A stretch of 64,000 nt of DNA from a virus: positions 48,920-112,919 of IMG/VR virus record IMGVR_UViG_3300033182_000991; one strand, written 5' to 3'. The position numbers and the translations under genes were made by a program. A model generated the notes under the pieces. It searched no databases, was not told the origin of the DNA, and worked only from the letters and a program-made list of their open reading frames with translations. Below are positions 60,243 to 64,000 of this stretch, in pieces. Position 1 is the first letter of the stretch. Every line of letters begins with the position of its first letter.

Positions 60243-60314
60243 TAGGCCCACCAGGACTCGAACCTGGAACTACTGTTTAGAAGACAGTGGTTATATCCCT
60301 TTAACTATGGGCCC
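60243..60314 (-). tRNA. tRNA-Arg(TCT)
   Basis: Loop CTTCTAA. Confidence 0.93.
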
Positions 60315-60318
60315 ATGT

Positions 60319-60392
60319 TCGCGGAGGTAAGGATTCGATACCCACACTGTAACAGGTGTTTCACTGCCGTCTCTATCTTGGGCTACTCCGCA
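60319..60392 (-). ncRNA. degenerate tRNA-like element
   Basis: Acceptor TGCGGAG/CTCCGCG, TCGAATCC T-loop, 8-nt loop TGAAACAC, poor D-stem. Confidence 0.5.
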
Positions 60393-60447
60393 TTTGTGCC
60401 CCGGGCCGGGCTCGAACCGGCACGGACATTACTGTCCACAGGATTTT

Positions 60448-61145
60448 CATACCAACTACGACTTTCATCGCCATCATAAGATGTTTGTGGTCTGGACTTT
60501 CTCTTAACCCTCGTCTTTACGTTAGGGTTCCTCCCGTCAAGTCTCTACACGTCCCTAAATGTTTTTACCACGATAGGTTGTGGTCTGAGAATGACAATTA
60601 GGACAAATGATTCTTAAGTTTTCTTCTCTATGGTCGTTTCTTATACCATTGATATGGTCTAATTCAAAACTTAACTTTTCACCATTCCAATCTTTAATAC
60701 CACATACTTCACATTTTTTCTCTTTAATACCTTCGTTCAACAAACGAATTCTGAGTTTATTAGTTTGGTAATGTGGATGTTTACCTTCTAAAATCTCATT
60801 TGTTGGGATTTTAGACTTTGGAGAAGGTTTATTAGTTCCTCGGGCACCTTGATTTGGTTTATACACATTTAACTTTTTAGCCTTTCTTATGAAAGTGTTA
60901 TAATGTAATCCAACTCTTGTCGCCGCACGAGCCATAGTTACTTCTTCTTCACATGCCCTGATTATATCCTCATCACTGATGTTTATCTTTTTCATTACTG
61001 TCTTTTTTAATAAATATAGACATAACGGAAAAAATAACAATAGTGTCTACCATTTAGGTTTCGCTCGGGATTGCCATTTAACAGGTTTCCCCGAATTTGA
61101 GAGGTTTTACATTAAAGGTTTCCCTTTATGCACTCAATTTAATCT
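60448..61145 (-). mobile_element. group I intron (trnL-UAA type) with HNH ORF in the P6 extension
   Basis: Core elements AAATTCGGGAAACC (P), GGCAATCCCGAGC (Q), GTAGAGACTTGACGGG (R), AAGAGAAAGTCC (S); terminal G; insertion after U34. Confidence 0.92.
60555..60995 (-). CDS. intron-encoded HNH homing endonuclease
   Basis: CEVCG, LDHING...D.REENLRIICPNCH; N-terminal HTH-like segment. Confidence 0.92.
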   Translation of the reverse strand: MKKINISDEDIIRACEEEVTMARAATRVGLHYNTFIRKAKKLNVYKPNQGARGTNKPSPKSKIPTNEILEGKHPHYQTNKLRIRLLNEGIKEKKCEVCGIKDWNGEKLSFELDHINGIRNDHREENLRIICPNCHSQTTTYRGKNI

Positions 61146-61258
61146 AAGTCCGGCGTGTCTACCAATTCCACCACCGGGGCATTCATTCCAATATTTCAAA
61201 TAACTTGTTTCCTTTTCAGTGATTCAAATATACGACACATAATGTTAATGGACAACAC

Positions 61259-61801
61259 TTATATTAAATTAAGTGAAATTAATGTTTCGTAAGTTTCACT
61301 CCCTTGGGGGACGTTGAGTTTGTATTCGATGTTTTTGTTTTCCTTATTACTTTCTTTGGTCCCGTGAATGGAATTCAGTTTGAAATTTGTATCATTCACA
61401 TCTTCTTTATTCAAAAGGATGAATTTATAATCACATCCATTGAGTGGGTCAATAAGTAGGAATAGATAGTAATCAAATTTCTCATGAGGTCTCAATTGTA
61501 TAAAGTTCCATGAACCGTCAGAAGAAAGATACGATGATTTCAATTCTATGGTTTCATTTTCTTTGAAATGGTAGTTAAGGAATTTGGTTGATGTTGTCAC
61601 CAACAAATCACCTTCACCTTTTCTCGATGGGATTTTATAAAACTTAAAATCTCGAATTATCCTTTTCTCGATTTTGGGACCGTAAGACTGTGGTGTACAT
61701 TTCACATAACAAGCGGCTAAGAAGTTATCGAAGGTCAAACCTTCTTCAACCTGATTCTTATTCTTTGCTCTTTGTTCTGCTAAAAGTTTATAATTTACCA
61801 T
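61259..61801 (-). CDS. PD-(D/E)XK nuclease-like protein
   Basis: GEGDL ... IELKSS, FIQLRP..FDYY. Confidence 0.6.
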   Translation of the reverse strand: MVNYKLLAEQRAKNKNQVEEGLTFDNFLAACYVKCTPQSYGPKIEKRIIRDFKFYKIPSRKGEGDLLVTTSTKFLNYHFKENETIELKSSYLSSDGSWNFIQLRPHEKFDYYLFLLIDPLNGCDYKFILLNKEDVNDTNFKLNSIHGTKESNKENKNIEYKLNVPQGSETYETLISLNLI

Positions 61802-61841
61802 AATACCAAGTATAAGTAATATAATTTATAAATCAAAATTG

Positions 61842-61913
61842 TTACCCTGTTAGGACTCGAACCTAAAATGTCTGAACCAAAATCAGAAGTGTTGCCAATT
61901 ACACCACAGGGCA
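61842..61913 (-). tRNA. tRNA-Gln(TTG)
   Basis: Loop TTTTGGT. Confidence 0.93.
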
Positions 61914-61919
61914 ATTTTG

Positions 61920-61993
61920 AGGTCCCGGTCAGATTCGAACTGACGAATAATGGATTTGCAATCCACCCCCTTAAACCACTTGGGTACAGGACC
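61920..61993 (-). tRNA. tRNA-Cys(GCA)
   Basis: Loop TTGCAAA, U73. Confidence 0.93.
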
Positions 61994-61998
61994 ATTTG

Positions 61999-62073
61999 GG
62001 TGAATGATGGGATTCGAACCCACGACCTTCTGAACCACAATCAGACGTTCTAACCTGCTGAACTACAATCACC
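61999..62073 (-). tRNA. tRNA-His(GTG)
   Basis: Loop TTGTGGT, G-1:C73. Confidence 0.94.
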
Positions 62074-62079
62074 ATATTG

Positions 62080-62154
62080 TACACCCTAATGGATTCGAAC
62101 CATTGACCCCTTGCTTGTAAGGCAAGTGCTCTGAACCAACTGAGCTAAGGGTGC
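62080..62154 (-). tRNA. tRNA-Val(TAC)
   Basis: Loop CTTACAA. Confidence 0.95.
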
Positions 62155-62158
62155 TTTG

Positions 62159-62239
62159 TACCGAAGGTGGGACTCGAACCCACACACTTTGAAGTATCTG
62201 TTCCTAAGACAGACGTGTCTACCATTTCACCACTTCGGC
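62159..62239 (-). tRNA. tRNA-Leu(TAG)
   Basis: Loop CTTAGGA, long variable arm. Confidence 0.93.
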
Positions 62240-62245
62240 ATTTTG

Positions 62246-62318
62246 TGACTCCTCGGAGGTTCGAACTCCGGACCCATACATTAAAAGTGTATTGCTCTAC
62301 CAGCTGAGCTAAGAAGTC
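62246..62318 (-). tRNA. tRNA-Lys(TTT)
   Basis: Loop CTTTTAA. Confidence 0.95.
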
Positions 62319-62323
62319 AATCC

Positions 62324-63162
62324 ATTGACAATAGTAACCAGGATTCTGTTTTAATCTGTCATTCATCTAAGCCCCTACCTTACCCGACCAGCTCACCGTC
62401 ATAGGTTATTTTGGGTTGCATCCTCGGTGGTCCAAACGATTGTGAATGCGGTGCGTTCGTAATCTCCCACCTTAAGCAGTGATGTCCTGAGTTTCCTCCC
62501 TGTTCAACACATCATAACCGTTATATTCCAAAACATTTATACATAATTGAATAAATTCATCAACAGTCATATCACTCTTTGCGTAGTTAACGTTAGATTT
62601 TAAAAATCCTAAGTTTTCTAAGGAGTTATCACCCCCTTTGGATTTGGGTAATATATGGTCTAATGAATAATCTTTACTATCAGTTAAATCAATTTTTTCA
62701 CCTGTAAGATAGCAAATCGGTTCAGACCCAAACTTTTCATACACTTCTTGTATTGTGAATGAATGTGTTTTTTTTCCTACCCTACTATTTTTTTCAGACC
62801 TACCTTTAAACCCACCGAGTTTCAATGATAATATTCTGTTAGGAGACATTTCATCTCTCGGTATGTAGTTTTGTTTTACTTTAGGTTTTTTTTCTTTTTT
62901 TGGTTTTGGTTTAGAATTAATGATATTCCATACCTGACCCACACTGTAGTTTACTTCTTTTGAAATCTCACGATAACTGTAACCACATTCGTGAAGTAAT
63001 TTAATCTGACTTTTGACCTTATTTTTCATAATATCCTTTTAATATAAATATCATCACGTTCAGTTTTTTATATGTTTTTCACAAAAAACAAACAATAAAA
63101 TTGAACGTTCAGGTGCACTGAACAGTTTGATATGTTGAACACAGCGACAGAACTTTGTCAAT
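62324..63162 (-). ncRNA. rnpB: RNase P RNA (minimal), interrupted in P3 by an HNH gene
   Basis: CR-I GAGGAAACTCAGGAC pairs with CR-V AACAGAATCCTGGTTA (P4); AGATGAATGAC; P1 ATTGACAA/TTGTCAAT; P2 TCTGTC/GACAGA; P3 TGTTCAACATATC/GATGTGTTGAACA. Confidence 0.85.
62472..63029 (-). CDS. HNH endonuclease with N-terminal HTH, embedded in RNase P RNA
   Basis: GYSYREIS HTH; CYLTG, SLDHILPKSKGGDNSLENL....VN.AK; TATTTATA upstream. Confidence 0.9.
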   Translation of the reverse strand: MKNKVKSQIKLLHECGYSYREISKEVNYSVGQVWNIINSKPKPKKEKKPKVKQNYIPRDEMSPNRILSLKLGGFKGRSEKNSRVGKKTHSFTIQEVYEKFGSEPICYLTGEKIDLTDSKDYSLDHILPKSKGGDNSLENLGFLKSNVNYAKSDMTVDEFIQLCINVLEYNGYDVLNREETQDITA

Positions 63163-63718
63163 CTTCTTTTTTCTTTGGTGCAAATTTACTATTTGCCATC
63201 AAATCGTCCCAATCTTTATACCCTTGTTCTTGAGCATAAATGTCGTTCTTCTTTCTCTGAAATGCTTTGACATTTTCAGGGTCTCTCATTTCTTCAACGG
63301 TTTCAAAACCGAGTGACTTTGCACATTCAGTTTCACACCACTGATGAGAACCGATATTGATGTTAATAGGTAGGTCGGTATTGAGAGATTCAATGAAGTC
63401 TTCAAACTGATTTGCCGCAATAAATGGCATTGTGTAAGTACCTTCCTCAACCTGGTAACCTGATTCATCTTCACTGTCAAATACCTCAATCCTACCCATT
63501 CGGTATTTTTCTCCCATTAAAGAGAAAACACCATAACCAACGGTTGAATAACTGTAACGTCCTGGGTCACTGACACCATGAACATCTACACACCCTGGGT
63601 TCCTTTCCATCCATAGGGCGAGTTGTTCAACCAGTTGTTCATCCGTGAGTTCCTGACCCTCGGCTCTCCTACGGATGTTTTGGAGATACCATAACAGGTC
63701 TTTTCTATTTATTTTCAT
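63158..63718 (-). CDS. hypothetical protein
   Basis: 186-aa ORF; stop codon overlaps the RNase P P1 5' strand. Confidence 0.75.
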   Translation of the reverse strand: MKINRKDLLWYLQNIRRRAEGQELTDEQLVEQLALWMERNPGCVDVHGVSDPGRYSYSTVGYGVFSLMGEKYRMGRIEVFDSEDESGYQVEEGTYTMPFIAANQFEDFIESLNTDLPININIGSHQWCETECAKSLGFETVEEMRDPENVKAFQRKKNDIYAQEQGYKDWDDLMANSKFAPKKKED

Positions 63719-63799
63719 TATCGTTCAATTTGTTCTAATTTGTGGCTCATTTATCAAGTATTTTGAGCCGTATACTTGATATCTGTGAGCCATAAGTTG

Positions 63800-63886
63800 T
63801 GGAAGATGTTGGATTCGAACCAACGGACCCCTTACGAGGTCAACACCTTAGCAGGGTGTCGCTTTAAGCCACTCAGCCAATCTTCC
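63800..63886 (-). tRNA. tRNA-Ser(GCT)
   Basis: Loop CTGCTAA, long variable arm. Confidence 0.93.
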
Positions 63887-63890
63887 GTTG

Positions 63891-63963
63891 TGGTATTAAC
63901 TGGAATCGAACCAGTGACACATGGATTTTCAATCCATTGCTCTACCAACTGAGCTATAATACC
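63891..63963 (-). tRNA. tRNA-Phe(GAA)
   Basis: Canonical cloverleaf, loop TTGAAAA. Confidence 0.95.
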
Positions 63964-63969
63964 ATTTTG

Positions 63970-64000
63970 CACGTCTGCAAGGATTTGAACCCTGACCAAA
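63970..64000 (-). tRNA. partial tRNA (3' end only)
   Basis: GGTTCAAATCC T-arm plus acceptor 3' strand; truncated by the window edge. Confidence 0.7.

Larger units (their letters stand above)
60397..61180 (-). tRNA. trnL: tRNA-Leu(TAA), intron-split (exons 61146-61180 and 60397-60447)
   Basis: Exons join as GGACTT^AAAATCC giving loop CTTAAAA; acceptor GCCCCGG/CCGGGGC. Confidence 0.93.

Noticed and set aside
62514-63128. Group I intron as the explanation for the RNase P insert
   Set aside because: No P/Q/R/S core elements, and the ORF runs directly into the RNase P sequence, leaving no room for a 3' core.

Overview
This 64-kb window comes from a large (jumbo-type) tailed dsDNA phage, almost certainly infecting Bacteroidota. 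The evidence is host-type TAnnTTTG (-7)/TTTG (-33) promoters, T9SS sorting signals on phage proteins, no rRNA or housekeeping operons, and dense short ORFs. It contains auxiliary genes (thyA, clpP, mgsA, NUDIX, DHH, DNA methyltransferase, GT11, sulfotransferase-like proteins, six 2OG-Fe(II) oxygenases, two Rmt2/GAMT-like methyltransferases) and lytic enzymes (GH24 lysozyme, M23 peptidase, holin candidates). It also carries a secreted/outer-membrane operon (T9SS cohesin-dockerin-like protein plus CsgG-like lipoprotein), many late (TATTTAT-promoter) proteins with N-terminal [IL]-[STN]-E motifs, a candidate origin or terminus at 26.9-28.5 kb, an ~800-nt GOLLD/ROOL-type ornate RNA, and about 23 minus-strand tRNA or tRNA-like genes. 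Three observations stand out. (1) A classical leader-peptide attenuator (57239-57392) whose control codons (TPGTEGDTP) match the tRNAs in the cluster immediately downstream, a plausible tRNA-depletion sensor. (2) A minimal phage RNase P RNA split by an HNH endonuclease gene sitting in its P3 loop. (3) A group I intron carrying an HNH ORF in tRNA-Leu(UAA), alongside several end-paired RNAs punctuated by tRNAs. All calls were made by eye from motifs; no database searches were run.
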